Shown here: positions 13,201 through 28,238 of the stretch, piece by piece
Layout of the letters: every line of letters begins with the position of its first letter
Numbering within the stretch: position 1 is the stretch's first letter
Assembly (NCBI RefSeq): GCF_964355755.1
Contig: NC_092671.1
Span: 8,494,001 to 8,558,000 of the forward strand
Length of the DNA: 64,000 nucleotides
Direction: 5' to 3'
Source: Antedon mediterranea
Taxonomy: Eukaryota; Animalia; Echinodermata
Made by a program: the position numbers and the translations under genes
The notes under the pieces: generated by a model
Database searches by the model: none
Told to the model about the DNA's origin: nothing
Seen by the model: only the letters and a program-made list of their open reading frames with translations

Positions 13201-16200
13201 TTTCTGTTATTATAAAGATTTGTTTTGTAGTACCGGTAGTGAAAAAAAATATTTATCATTTATATTTAAAACATTTTGTCTGTCTAATAATTGTGTTTAT
13301 TTGTCTTATGGCATCTGCACTTCGATCTCTATGCCAACCAAAATAACATTTTTTAATTATTGGCTAACTTTTTACAAAATTTTAAGTGTTAGGATGTTTT
13401 AAACTACATCCATTATTAATTACTCCTGGACCTATTATTCACAATAAAGTTACAATAATATGAATTTCGTTATTTATTTAGGATTACAATTCAATTACAA
13501 AATAATGTTTTGTAGGCCCCTACATAGTAAAACTTTTTGTAACAGATATTTTAATATGCAAAATCTAATCTTTTCATATTATTGCTCATATAAAATATAT
13601 AAAATTAACAACAGAAATAACCTATGAACTAAATGTTACCTTTAAAAAAAATTAGCCTGTATACGTTTATTTTTCTTAATGATAATAAAATATAAATCAA
13701 TTAATGCAATTTAAAATAATTACATTAAGGTTTCAAAACAGTATTCTTACGATTAAAATATAATATTGTAAATTGTTATTGCGCAAAAGTTTAATTTTTT
13801 TACGACGCGATTCGTTAATTCTTTCCTTCATCGCTAATATGAAGCAATTATGAAATCATCTACTTTAGCAACGCTCCTACTTTAACCATTATTAATGCTA
13901 ACTCGCTAAAATCTCTCTAATTTCTGAGAATAAAAAATCCAGTAAAATGGACGCATGTGTTGTTTTATCATTTATCTTAGCAAGATATTTAAAAATCCTC
14001 TCCTGACATGTTTAGTGCTACTAGTTTCTTGAGTGACCTTGGATCTGTAATTAGAGAGACTTAAGGAGTAATACCTTTACAATTCACACTTGAAACTATG
14101 CAAACGTCGATTTCAACAGCGCCAGAAAAACTCATTTCGTAGCCGTCAATGTTGCTGTGGTGGAACTATATTAGTTTTAAAGCTTCCGAAAGGTTTGCTT
14201 CAACGAGCAACACGGGAGCAATCCAATATTTTCTGTACTTTGGATTGCGACACTAAAAGCATAGCATGAAAACTACGATTATCTTAAGCTGTTGCAACTA
14301 GTGTCGAGTTAGAATAATGAAGGTGTAATCAGTGAATAACTTCTAATGTGATTTACAATCTCGATTAGTTATTGTCATTTAAGAAAAATGACTACACCCA
14401 TGGCATATTACTGGATCAGCTTCTGATTTTTTTTCCAATGCTCATACATAAATGTGATATTACATTCGAGTTAGTTTCGATCCAGTAAGTAGTATGCGTA
14501 ATGCGCACAATATTACCGTTTGAGTACAGTACGTTTAAAGGAAAATTTATGATTTTTAAAACTTGCGTCACGAGAAGATTTAAGAAAATCCACAAATGCC
14601 CACGCTTGCTTGACATGTAATCTTGACATGTAATTTTTAAGTAAAGTATTTCCGATTTGAAATGTATCATGAAAAGCTCTTTGGTGTATGATATATATAA
14701 ATACTAATAGGCCTAGTCGACATATAAATAGTTTTATAGGTTGCATGAAAGTTGGTTACTTTATTGAATTATGTAGGCCTACTTGTAGAAAACAAAATAC
14801 TAAATGAGATGCCAAATCACGCAATAACGTTATTGAAGTGGGCCTCACCAAGGCATCATACCTAAATCGACCTATTAAAAATGGAGGACGTTTATAAATA
14901 TAAATTTCTTAGAGAAACAGAAATTGTCTTTAAAAATCCTTGACACAGACAACAAAATGCCTATTTTACAGTAAAATATGGACAAAGGCGTAAGTTCATA
15001 CAATTCCAGCTTAAGTAGAACCGACGAATGTGAGGATAGTATTTCGATAAGTAGAAAAATATAATTAGGATACATAAAATATATTAATATACAATTATTA
15101 TTATTATCTCATAGGGCATCTACTCACATAATTATTATTGAGCCGATCCTGTCCTACATCAAGACCCTTGCTGATGGACTGTCCATTGACAAACACTACT
15201 AATAATAGTGCTACAGTACAGATGAAGAAATAATATTTAAATGAGACTGGTTGCATGAGTAAAAATTATTCATGTTGAAAATTACGTAGTTAAAGAATTT
15301 TTTGTTCAGATATTCATTTTACTCATTTAAATATTAAGGTTACATTCATTGCTAGCTTATTATGAAGTTAAACGTAGCGGATTAAAACCCACATTGAAAC
15401 CCCGTTTGTAGTGAGGTAGCGTAAAGTATATACTCTAACCACCTGTACATGGTTGTGGGATATTATTTAAATAAGTAGGCTAACGACAGTAAAAAGTCAT
15501 CATAATTAATAATAAGTTATCAGTATTAACTGTATTATTATATTAATACTGCACTAAACTATTTTATATTCATTGAATTGAGATATTTTTACTACAATGA
15601 TGATGTTTGGTAAGGTGACCCGTGAATCCAAGTTAATAATAAATATTAGAGAGAGAGGGAGATATTATTATGACTTGTTTCCTGTTCATGCAAATTTATA
15701 ACACTGTCAGTTGTATACAACTTTTATGATCCACTTGGAAGTTTATAAAAACGATGACATTACATCAAACTGTATTTTGGACCAACCTGTAACGACGTTG
15801 TAGGCTGAAACCTGTTCTTTTCAGATCATTTTTTAAATGTGTTAATAAAGCTTAAAAACGAATAAATAGGCCTACCAACTACCATGGTGAATTTGTTTTA
15901 ACAAGGTCGTGAACTAATGTCTCATCTCAAAATGCGAATTGGAACGAAATAATTATTCTTTCTAATCTGGCAGATAAACAAGTTACAGTTAGGCCTACAT
16001 AAAAGAATAACATAAATAATAAAATAATGTTAATAATTACAGTACAGTATTCGGATAAGGAAACTTGGTGCACTGGAAATTAAAAATTAAGTTACATGTA
16101 GTAGACTGTGTTGAAAAGACCTTTGTTATAGGCTGCGTGACTCGCAAACCTCCATCCACACTTTTACGGGAGGATTTGGAAAAGTTAACAATCCTGCGCA

Positions 16201-16771
16201 TCTTTTGGCCTATAGCACATTACATATAAATTTATTCTTGGAGTATTGAAAAGTGTTATAAAAGCACCCGATTCTGCTACTGTCAATAGGTATGTATCTG
16301 TATTCAGTCTTGTTGAACTATTTTATTTTTCCCGTTCGTTTTAAACATTGATATTAATCTACCGCAACAAGCAAGTGTGAAGAAGATCATTAGATCTGTT
16401 TACACAGAAGATAAAGTCTCGTGTACTTTTAGCCTACTTCCTCTGACCAAGCTCTGACATAATGTAAAGCAATTTAAGTTATTAAATCGCGCTGAAAAGA
16501 GCCTAAAGGAATAGATGATAGAAGAGCGACTTAATAATATATCATCAAGTATTTATAACGTGTAAATCTTCGTCTAATATGGTGAATTTTTAAGAAAAAT
16601 TCGGTTTATAGTAAGCTCTGAAACTAAACATTTTTTAAATTAACGCCACACAAAAGTACCGTACCGTAATGCACTATTTTTAGTTTATGTTGATTAATAA
16701 CAAATTACATAGGCCTAACAGTGGATTCAATTCAATGCGGCAATTCATTACCTGTAGGCCTATGTGTTTTT

Positions 16772-16774
<3 letters not shown>

Positions 16775-16808
<34 letters not shown>
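16775..16808. repeat. (TA)n microsatellite
   Basis: About 17 TA units; further (TA)n tracts occur at 37.3-38.3 kb. Confidence 0.95.
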
Positions 16809-16810
<2 letters not shown>

Positions 16811-17135
16811 TAAGTGAATAAGGCCTTAACCCTTAAACAAAACATTATTGACAACAACATGAAACAGAAGCTACATCATGTAGACACTTTTTGTAATGTT
16901 TTTGTTTTGAGTTCGTGTTGTGTTCGTTGGATATTGTGCTCCGCCAAACAGAGCAAACAGAATTTCCATGTTTTTTTCTTAAAACAAATGACAATAAATG
17001 ATACTTGACTTGATACTTTACTTGAATATGTTGCCTTATAATAATTATGGACTATAGATAACAGTTATGTTTATAGAGAATATCAATATAGGCCTAAGTG
17101 AATTATGTCAGGCCTGGAATGGTTATATAATAATA

Positions 17136-17965
17136 GGGCCTGTTTCTGCTGCAACTGCTCAAAATACGGTATAAAAATACGGTATAAAATACGGTATTTT
17201 TTATACCGTATTTTTTAGTACCCCGTTTCTGCTAACAATACTTCTTGGGTGGTCGTGTTAAATTTCATCTTTTTTACCCAAATTGCCATTCATTTATTTG
17301 ATCGATAATTAAAAGTCGCAATAAAGGAAGTTTTACGTCTCACTTTCAACAGCCTAGCCCTAGTGATAGAGATGTTGTGAGAGCACAGAAAACATCGTAA
17401 TGGGGACAATTAATTCGTTCCCTCCCCGAGTTATTGTATTTTGCAATGTTGTACTGCTTTCGCAGGCTCTTCAGCTTTGAGTTTACTTGCTTTGGAGACA
17501 AGTTTATTCCATACTCCTGCTTTATTTTTTTAGAAATGTCTTTATAAATGTGGTTGTCCCTTTTATTACCTTTTAGTTGGTCAGACATTTTAGCTTCCCC
17601 ACACACATTTATTTAGTAAAACTGTGACGTATTCGCTCCACATTTTCGCCGAATATATCTATAGGCCTACATGTGTGTAAAGCAGCTAACAGCGACAGAA
17701 AATAAAAACACGAATGGTGACCTTTTGTCATGGAAAAAAAAAATACGGTATTTTTTATTGGCAGCAGAAACGGGTACAAAAAATACGGTATAAATTTGTA
17801 AATACCGTATTTTATCCACAAATTTTGTGGGGAAAATACGGTATACAAAATACGGTATATTTTTTATGAGCGCAGTTTCTGCTGCCAAAAATATACCGTA
17901 TATATACGGTATTCAAAAAATACCGTATAATATACGGTATTTAGTTGGCAGCAGAAACAGGGCCA
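17136..17965 (-). mobile_element. Non-autonomous PIF/Harbinger-like element with a degenerate Myb/SANT-like ORF
   Basis: TIRs GG(G/C)CCTGTTTCTGCTGC(C)AACT at both ends and about 13 subterminal ATACGGTAT/ATACCGTAT repeats. The internal frameshifted ORF 17346-17643 reads MWSE...VW/GE...IYKDISKKI...KQVNSKLKSLRKQY...SGRERINCPHYD. Confidence 0.8.
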
Positions 17966-20900
17966 TAGTGGTTTAAGGTTGAGAGAGATGATTTATTGCT
18001 AATCGACATTGGATGCTTATATTTTTCAATGAAGGCTGGAATGTTATAATTTATTTATTATTTGTTTTTTATCCGTTTAGGTTAGCGACACTAGGTATAA
18101 GTAATCGCTCAGATGTGAATAATGACCCTTGACCTATTAATATTATTATTGAAGTCCCTCTTGGTTTATACTGTTCAAACTGAAAGACGCTAAGAAAGTT
18201 GATGAAGTTTATTAACAACTTTCCCAAGAGAAATTAGAACATAATCTTCTGTTTATTTTAAATTCCAAGAAACTTTAGAGAAATGTTTTACCTTTTCAAT
18301 TTTTTTTTTAACTTGTTGTTTAATTGGGTGTTATATCTAAAAGACGATGGAACATTGGCAACCTAAGGAACAAAACAAACGAGTTTTCTTTCTTTATTTT
18401 CATTCTTTTTCACTTTTATCGGTAATTTAAAAATAGATCGGAAGTAATGTGTTATAACATAAAGCTCTGCCTACACTATAACAATTTATGTAGCCAAAAA
18501 AAAAATTGAAGTGACCATAATATACACATGATGATGTCATATCACTACCACATTTGGGTATATCACAACCATATTTAGGCATATCACAGCTTAGTGCACA
18601 TTCGGTTGCCTATTTTGAGCAGATCAGTAGCTCTTATTCGAGTATCACTGCGATGAGAGTGACCAGTCGAATACTGTTATCTAACTTTATTCGATTGTTA
18701 ATTAACTTTTTAACATTATTTTAAAGAATACACTCAGTGATGTCCACAAAAAAACTTTTCCTCTTTCAAAAAAATATATTTGTTAATCTAGCATTATTAA
18801 GGTATAAATAATAAGTTATAATAATAATAGTTATATGAGTTTTTACGTTTTAAACCTCAATTTACAAGTATTTCTAGTTTGCATCTTGCATCGTAGGCCG
18901 ATGCTATCCCATTGGCAAGACGTCAGCGGAGGAAATGTCAATATTTTGCCACAGGCACCATAGTGTTGGCTCAGGTGAAGTTTGTGATATATTGTATCCA
19001 AAGAAAACACAGTAAAATGGCCAATGAAGACTTAACCTTAAACGAAACTACAGATGCTAGAAAGGAAGTAGTTAGCAATTTTTGATACCTGGGATTTAGA
19101 TTATCCCCTCAGGGCAAATATTTTGCTTCGATTGTTTGCTTTTTAGCGCTTGATTACAAATAAAATAAAAGTTTGTTTTGCTCATTATAGCCATGTTTCC
19201 CCAGAGGGCGAGAAACCTCGGGTGCAAAGCTATTTTGATTACTGCAAGGTGAAAGACAAGCTTCGTACATGTATCTGTTTGATAGCCGCATTAAAGTTTG
19301 TTGAATGAAAATCATTAATTAAAAGTATTTTCATTAGATTTATATGTTGATTTACTGTTTACTTAAGTAAGAACATTAAATATCAATTAGATGGAGTCTG
19401 TCTCGGGTAATCCTTCAACAACTTAACAACAGACTGTGTATCAACACAATGAATCGCAATGCACCGAATATTGCAGCACAACCACGGTGTAGGCCTAATC
19501 ATAAGTAAAATCACAATGTTTTAAATCATTTTAACCGCATCATTATCGTATAGTGAATTAATTACTCGTTTATTCACTAAATAGTAATAATAATTTTATT
19601 GTAGAACCCTTCTTTAGGACTTCCATATACAAGGCTCATCCGTCTTATAATACATAGCATATTTTCCCTTTAAATAAACGAGAGTCAATCTATGTTAACA
19701 CTGCAATATACGGATCTCCCCTATTCAACATAGGCCTACTGTATAACACATAAGCTAAACATGACCTTTGTAACCTTATAATAAGTGCATTAAAAATAAA
19801 TAATTAAGGGAGGTAAGTTCACAGTACATCAGTGGTACTCTTGATTATTGGTCAGTATTGTAAAAAAAGTTTATATATTCTTAAATTGAAGAGGGCGCTG
19901 CTTAATGAAAACGACACACGTCTTCGCCGGAATGTGTTAAATTATTGAAAATAATATACTTATTATTAAAAATAATACTTATTATTGAAAATAACACTTA
20001 TTATTGGAAATAATTATTATTGAAATATCAGTTATTGAAATAAATGTTTCGAAGTATTTTCATCTAATATTTGATTTGTGTTTTTACTGCAATTGTTGTT
20101 GCAATATTATTCGATGAAAAATGTATTATCTATTTTTTCATCAATGTTGTTTTAATTAATAATAATACAAACACTTGAGAAAGTTTACAAGAGAACGTTA
20201 ATTCAAATTCCAAACGAGTTTAGAACGAAAGGTGGTTTCTTATAGAATGTATGTTTACCACAAATCTTGGCATTCTAAAGAACAATAAAATAAAGAAAAG
20301 CCGCAAATATCATCCCTGGATACACTTTCAAACATAATGTGTTTGAATCTGCAGATACGAAAAATACCAATTCCAATATTAAAACGGCTAAATGTTATCA
20401 CTACAACAATCAAAATGATAACAGTGCTTAAATGAGTCCCAGAGTGAAAATTATGAGGCACAATTTCACTAGATTAACAGCAAAATGAAGGTCTAATTTC
20501 TAAAGAGGAAAAATGTACCGTCTTACATGGGTCACGTGATGTTACATTTAAAATTATAGAATGTCGTCATGAGTCTACTTATCAGATATTACTGAAAGCA
20601 TCACGTGACATGTATAGACATTATTAGGTGACATTAGAAAATGCAGCACTCAAGTCAGTGGGTGATCACTTCTAACAAATGTTTAATGATAATAATAATT
20701 GATGGAGATGAAAAAGAATGACAATGGTTATAATGGTTATAATGATTATACAGTATTAACAACTGTACCCCTAACAACGTAAGAAACAACAACAAGATGA
20801 TAAACAAAATAGTTTAGAAAGGAACAGTATCTTCAAGTTAAGCTCTGTCTACACTAGTACACAAGTAATGTGCCCAAATATGGTAGTGGTATGCCCAAAT

Positions 20901-23900
20901 ATGGTAGTGATATGACACCATCATGGGGACATAACATTTTTTTTGTTACAATTAAATATACTAGTTATGTAGGTCTAATTTATAGGCCTAATGTGTGGCG
21001 TACCTTTATAGCAGTGTAATTTTTCTACATTCTGTATTTTATTGTGAGAAAAATTAAATGCGGTGGTGATCATGAATGATGATATATGATGATTACGATA
21101 ATGATAACGATGATAATTGTGTACAAGACGTGGTTTCAAGGAAAGTCCGTTCTTTCTTCGTAAAATGTTAGTGGTTCAACCACACCTTAAGCCTACTATA
21201 CTCCAAAGAATGGAACAATTTAAGGACAAAAAAATCTATTAAAAAAAATTAAAACCATCCTCAATAACATTTTTAAATATATTGAATCTGGCGGTGCGTG
21301 CGAGGGAACACCACATTTTTAATGAATTGAAATTGGATATGTGATCTGGCAGCAAATCTGAGGTATCTCTGTGCCTAGAGGCTCAGCAAAATTTCAATGG
21401 AAAACTTCCTTTTTGAATAATGTCCTAATATATGTACTGTATAACTAGCTTAGTAGGTTTTGACAGCTTTTGGGTATATTAATAATAGGGCAGGGCGCTT
21501 TCCCTAGACTACCTTAATTCAAGGTTGACAAATTTGGCAAAAATATCTCATTCGATGAGTTTTGGCCAATTGTTCCGTGACTCTGCAATTTCGAGTTTAA
21601 ATATTGATACTAAATATGTATAATTAAATTATGATGTAAAATTCATTGTGTTGAAATTCATGTATGACAAGCAATGCATTAAGCTGTACTGTATTTTGAA
21701 TTTCACACATATAGTTTAATGTATACAGTACCGCAGTATTATATTGAAATGAAATATTGTTATATCCAACAATTGCAGTGATATCTTCAAGTTAAGCTCT
21801 GTCTACACCATCAAACTAGTCCAATAAAAGTGTGATGTGCCCAAGTATGGTAGTTATATGACCAAATATGGTAGTGAAATTACGTCATCATATATGGGCA
21901 CATCACATTTTGTTGTCACGTTTGTGATAGACAGAGTTTTGCAGCTAAACCAAACGACAGAATAACAATTAACAAAATGAAAAAGTACATAATATATGTA
22001 ATATTTCAATTTTTTTACATTATATCATGTAGGCCTAGGCCTATATTCATTTTTTTTTAAATATCAAAACCAAGTATTTTTAATTTCTTAACTACTACTA
22101 TTCGTAGTTAATTATTAATTCAATTTTTATAATGCAACACCGTTGAGCGTTGTTTATAAGATCGCTTGGTGACATAATACCTGCTGAGACTATGTTTCAA
22201 ATATGCAACAAGATGGCTGCCTGACATACTGTACCATACTCGCCCTAGTTATTATAAACTTTATATGAGTTATAGTTATTGGGTTAAGAATACTTGTTCT
22301 TGGTTTGTTAAACTAAAAGTTTAATTTAATAGGAGTGTACCACCGTATACCGCTGTAATGATACATTGTCTGTATGTGAACATAAATATATTTCAATTCA
22401 ATAATCCTTTAGATTTAAAACATTTCAATAAATTGAGTGGTATGTATGCCACTGATTATTTAATTAAATTGATTAGGCCTAATATAAATAATAATGGTTG
22501 GATCTCTATGTTTACACGAACGAAATACTATGCTATTCTTAATATTTAAATTGTTTTTATATAGTCTAATAAATAGGTTATGTTTTTCACGAACTCGGGG
22601 TTTTGGCGAACTCATGTTTTTTTATCTTCTACGCTGTGAATAAAATACAGATTTGTATTGAAACAAATAAATAAATAATTTCAAAAAGAAATATTAATAT
22701 AGAAAATGTCTATACAGTTATGCCTAATGTCTAATAGACAGTATGCATATCATAGTAAGATGATTGAGTAGGCCTATGTTTCGAATATAACTACGGTTTG
22801 CATCATAGAACGATCGTCGACGAATATTATTCAATGTTGATAGACCTACACAATACCGTAATGTTAATATACATCATTGACGAATTTGTTTATAAGATTA
22901 TACTTAAATAATTCCTCCATGATTTAATATGGAATATTGCAATTTAAATATTCGACTCATTTGAGTTTCCATGAATGAAGTAAATATATTGAATTCTCGG
23001 TATACATTTCGTGACGCTATTCGGAAATAAGGCCATTTTGTGGACATCTGGAATAAAATTCTATACGTTTTCTTATAGGTATCTTTATTTACGTAATATA
23101 AGTCTTTGTTTGAAGATTGTCTCTTCCACATTCATCAGCTTGTTAGTTTAAATATTTCTACATTATCTAGAGGAATCTTTGGCTTGATTTTTACGTCAAA
23201 GAAACAGTGAATCCGTTGGAAGCCGACATTTCCCGCTGAAGCACTCGGTCGGTAGATAGCAACCTTATACCAGGCCAGTTTGCCTCTCTCAATCCCGAAA
23301 CATGCGATAATAATTACGAAATTACGTTGTAATTTAATCATACACCGGACAGGATTGCGTTGGCAGAGATACCTCCATGGGTAGCTCGTTGATAATTCGA
23401 CAAATTCAATACAGTGTTTGCTCACCGGTAAAGCGAATCAAGTGCGAAGTCTGTGGGCCTTAGTGCAGCACGACAACCCGCTGGAAAAGAAGACGTGAAG
23501 CGTCCGCGATGACAACACTGGTCGCGGAAACTAGGCCGTGACTACCGTCAAACTAAATAGAAAAATTAGAAATTTGAGGTTGGATCAGTTTGATTGAAAC
23601 ACTAGTTCTCGTGTTGCTGTCAACATTTTTCATATCAATATTCAATTGTGTATTATATTTCTTATTATATATACTTCATTACCACCTTGACCTTGACTTT
23701 CAAATTCGTTATACTACCTAACTAACTGCCTGAAACATAACACCATATCCGTTTCTTTAGCTTAGATTTAGGTCCGCCAAGGTCACAAGACTATTTTTGA
23801 AGCCGGGGAGCCCCTGGCGTTACTACGACTGCGTGCACAGTAGAAAGTGCAAAGGCATGCAAGGAAAAATTATCTTGAAAATCACAACATTTACGAACAT

Positions 23901-26605
23901 ATCCAATTACAGCTTACTGAAAATGATTCGACTGAAATTCTACGCGCGGACTATGATTACTAATTACGGAACGATAGCGTCGAGTACGGAGTGTCGCACG
24001 CGACTCGGTGTTGGAGACCGTTGCCAAAACTCAATCATAACCAGGGAGGTGGTGTTCAAAGCCGCCGATATTTGGCCAGTCAATTAAGGTCATTAGGCGT
24101 CTACCTGCGTCAGTGTACAACCCCTCTATGCTAGAGAACTCGATAGTCAGCGTCAACTATGCTATTATTAGGCTCGCCATGCGGTGTGTTTTTGCTTATG
24201 TGTGGCTCGATTTTTGTAATGCCATTTTTAATGATAGGGTAAAGGGCAAATACACGATAGGAGACAATATTCTGCGCGAATTTCACCCGCCTTTTTTGTT
24301 TACAAAGGTGCATGGGTGCGTTAGCTTGGTGACCACGCGGTATGACGACCCATGGAACGTCAACCGTTGACCAACAAGTGCGCTTTGCAACTTTTCAATT
24401 ACTACCGTTTATAACAATCGAGTTCGGATTCGCGTTGGCTAATTACGACAAATTAGATAATTACAAACGAAATTCTTGTTCAATTATAAATTTGATAACC
24501 GAAAACAACTTTCAAAATTCGTCAAACATCATCAACAGATTCCAAATCACCTAGGTCTACAAACCACTAATTTTCAAAACAGATGAAACAAAACTCAACA
24601 ACAAAATATATTTTATAATTCATTATTGGTACAAAAAACTGCGCGGAGGTACAATTTCATGGCACGTCATAACAAAGTCGTTAGAAACTGCTTAAGTCAG
24701 TTACAATAAAATATAATAATAATAAATATATTTATTTCCACAAATAATAGAGCAAAATACAGACATTAGGTCTATAAATATACAACCGATAATGAACATA
24801 ATTAATTCAAGAAAAGAAATAAGTGGAAAAGGGACGCCGCAGCAAGTAAGCTTTAAATTGGGCACCCCTCTCCCCTATTAGTAGGAAAAAAAACACAACT
24901 ATGGAATTTAAATACGGTATCAGTCAATTTAAGGGGTTTATACAGTATCGCATATTGCGTACAACTCTACTGTAATATCATCTTTTATACAGTACGCAAC
25001 GACTTACGCAACACAACATAAGCAACCGTGTGAGTAAAGTAAGGTACAATGGAGGCTTACGAATCACATTGATTTATCTAAAGATTGTGTGACAAGACAT
25101 ATTTACAACTCCCCTAGTATCATAAGAATTGCAAAATGCATTAGTGCTGGAAAAATTTGAAAATCAATGTTTTAATTCTCTTTAAAATACAATACATGTT
25201 ATGTTCTATTTGGTTTGGTGGAGATTGTTAATATATTGTATATAATTTCGTTTACTTAGATTCACATGGAATTAAAAGTTGATTCGGCGTGGCGAAACTG
25301 CACTATCAAACTAGTTTGACGAAAAAGTATGATGTGTCCAAATGTAGTGATATGATGTCATCGTGTCCATATATTGGCACATCACATTTTTTTTGTCACA
25401 TGAATTTTGATAGTGTAGACAAAGCTTTAGATCAATCAATGATGAATCGATGTTCTCTGAATTTTGTTTCAGTTTGATGTGAATACAGACTATTCTGTAA
25501 GTGTGTACAGTTACTGCATTGACAACATTAAAATAATTAAAACACTAAACATTGATTAAATAAATAATAATTATAGAAAATATTATTGGGCTCATGCATT
25601 ATTCATGATTTCTTGCACGATAAACATTTCAAGCTGATGACTATACTTATACCAGGGAGTTGTTTTACAACTCCCTGCTTATACAGCTTGTATTTTACAC
25701 ACCCTAGAGTAATAATACAACCGGTTGTTGCGTAATAATTCTATGTTAAAACAGTTTCGGGGACGTAGAGGGGGTTTTCTACTTTTACCTACAACAAAAA
25801 TAATAATACAGCAGATAATAATAATAATAAAAATATAACTTAACTGTAAATTAGACAAACGTCCCTTTTTTTATTTTGTATGATGTGAAGCGATATAACG
25901 TTTTACTAACAATAACAACTGTGACATATAAACATGGATTAAGATGTTTCTGCATCAAGCAATCTAAAGGATTGGAATGTTGTTATTATATTTAAAATAG
26001 CTATATTTATCTAATTTTTATTTTCTAACGTACGTGTACGTGGCGTTTGCTTTGCGGATAACTAACTCGTCAAAGTGACGAGTTCAAATCTAGATATTTT
26101 GAATTTTTTAACAAATTTAAATCGTATGACTGTAATAAAGAGAGGGCGATATAACTGTTGTAATTCTTCTCATGAAATAATTTTATCGAAGTAATCATTT
26201 TATTTCCAACTAAAGAATAGTCCTGCCGCCTAATGTAGGCCTATTCAAGACCATATCAATCATTTTCCCACATTAAATGGTTAAATTAAATTCAACGTAA
26301 GTCCCTGTGTCATTTTGAGAGTGAGTTCACAATTTTACACATAACCCCAACAGAATAATTATTACCATTCTCTTTAATTATCAATATCATCAGTATAATT
26401 GATATCACATATTATCATTGGTTTGTTACCTTTCTTATAGTCCATGGGCCAGACAATTTGATACTGCTTTCGCAAAAAACTGGACCTGGCCCATGGACTA
26501 ATTAATTGCTATAAGTTTATACAGTATCACAAAAGTCCAAATGACCTACGGTAAATATATTTTAAAATATTTATGAATTTCTGCTGTTTGGTTTAATTTT
26601 ACTAA

Positions 26606-26788
26606 AGCGTGGTTCCCACTAGCGACGCAACACAAGGACGTAACGCAACGCAAGTGAATTGACCAATCACAAGCGATGGCTTATTCGCTTGTGATTGCTA
26701 ACTGTCTATAACTTCGCTTGTCATTGGTTAAAACGCTTGCGTTGCGTTTACGTCCTTGCGTTACGTTCTAGTGGGAACCAAGCTTTAG
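26606..26788. mobile_element. Palindromic MITE (Harbinger-like ends)
   Basis: TAAAGC(G/T)TGGTTCCCACTAG ... CTAGTGGGAACCAAGCTTTA, almost fully palindromic. Confidence 0.85.
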
Positions 26789-28238
26789 CGAGCTTTTAAT
26801 TCTCTTAAAGTGTGTTATAATAATTCCTTGCGTATGTTGTTGAATATGAGTAAATATTGTTGTAGTGCTTTCTATATGTTTGTTAAATTTGATATCCCTA
26901 GTTTAAGTGAATTTTTGCGTAAGTCTATTTAGAGTTTTATGTTACGTATTAGTATGTCTAATAATTTGATTGTTAAAACTGTGTTTGATAAATTGCTTTT
27001 GAATTCAAAATTGTATGTCAGCTGGTCTGACATGTTATATTAGATTTTATATGCTCATAATTGTTATACCTTTTGTATGTTTTTGCTATGCATTTTATTT
27101 GCGAAATAAAGTTTTATATATAGGCCTATAGAAAATACAACCATCGATATTACGCCTTGAGATAAAAATGATAATATTATATGAATGACGTCATTTACCT
27201 ATTCACAAAGTATCCATATGTAAAAATAGCAATTTATGAATCCATAAAATATCCATAATTATGATTAATTTAGACAATATCCTAAAATGATAATGCAACG
27301 GTATAGATATCTTTTAGTATATAGTACTGCCATGATTAGAGTACGGATTACAAAATCAAAATTTCTAACATACACTCCGAGAAAATTAATTCTACCAATT
27401 GAAGATTCAGATCTAACAAAATGATTACAACAGTATGTGAAATAATTCGCCTTATGTTATAGTATGGTATTATCTATTTGACATTGTAATATCTATCTTA
27501 TTATCTTATAGACAATAATGTATGCAAGTCTAGAAAGAATATGGACATACTATGTATGAATGATGTACAGTAGATACCGTAGGCTACACATGATCAGGCA
27601 TACATGCTAACTACAGTAATACCTCCCCCATTAGCTCCTCTAACTTTCTGACACCCACTGCTTCAATTAAGCAGGACAAATTGAAATAACATTATTTAGT
27701 TCCTGAAAATGAACCCTGGTTACGAGTATCCAAGTTAGTGAGAATTGTAAGGTACATAATGTTATGGTATTAACATTATGCTGTAATATATCGAATAATT
27801 GTATTTAGTTTCAATTCATTCTTTACATTTTTAGTCAATTAGGTCATCAATGATAATGTTTAATGTTTTGTGATACCATAATTGCATTCCGTAATTCAAA
27901 ACCGATAGGATTTCGGCAACAGATCCGACGTTACATCACTGCAATGTTCATTTTCAATTCATCGACCAGATAAGAGCACACGTGATCGGTAAGTTCTCGC
28001 CGTCGTCACACCGGCGATACACGCTCGAGTTAAGCGATTCACTTCCAGCTGCAGCCTTTTAATTAAGGTGCTACCTGTCGTATTGATTGGTTGCAGGTTG
28101 GCCCTACTTTCCAGTATTATCATCTACTGACATGTAATAAAGACATCTTTATCAAAATAAAGATCATCGCTGTAATCGAGGTAACAGAAGAAAAGTACCA
28201 TATTCATATTTATAACAACGTATTGTTATGCCATCAAA

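Noticed and set aside
17160-17945. Repeated ATACGGTAT motifs as a CRISPR-like array
   Set aside because: Short, irregularly spaced, in both orientations and inside TIRs in eukaryotic DNA; these are transposon subterminal repeats.
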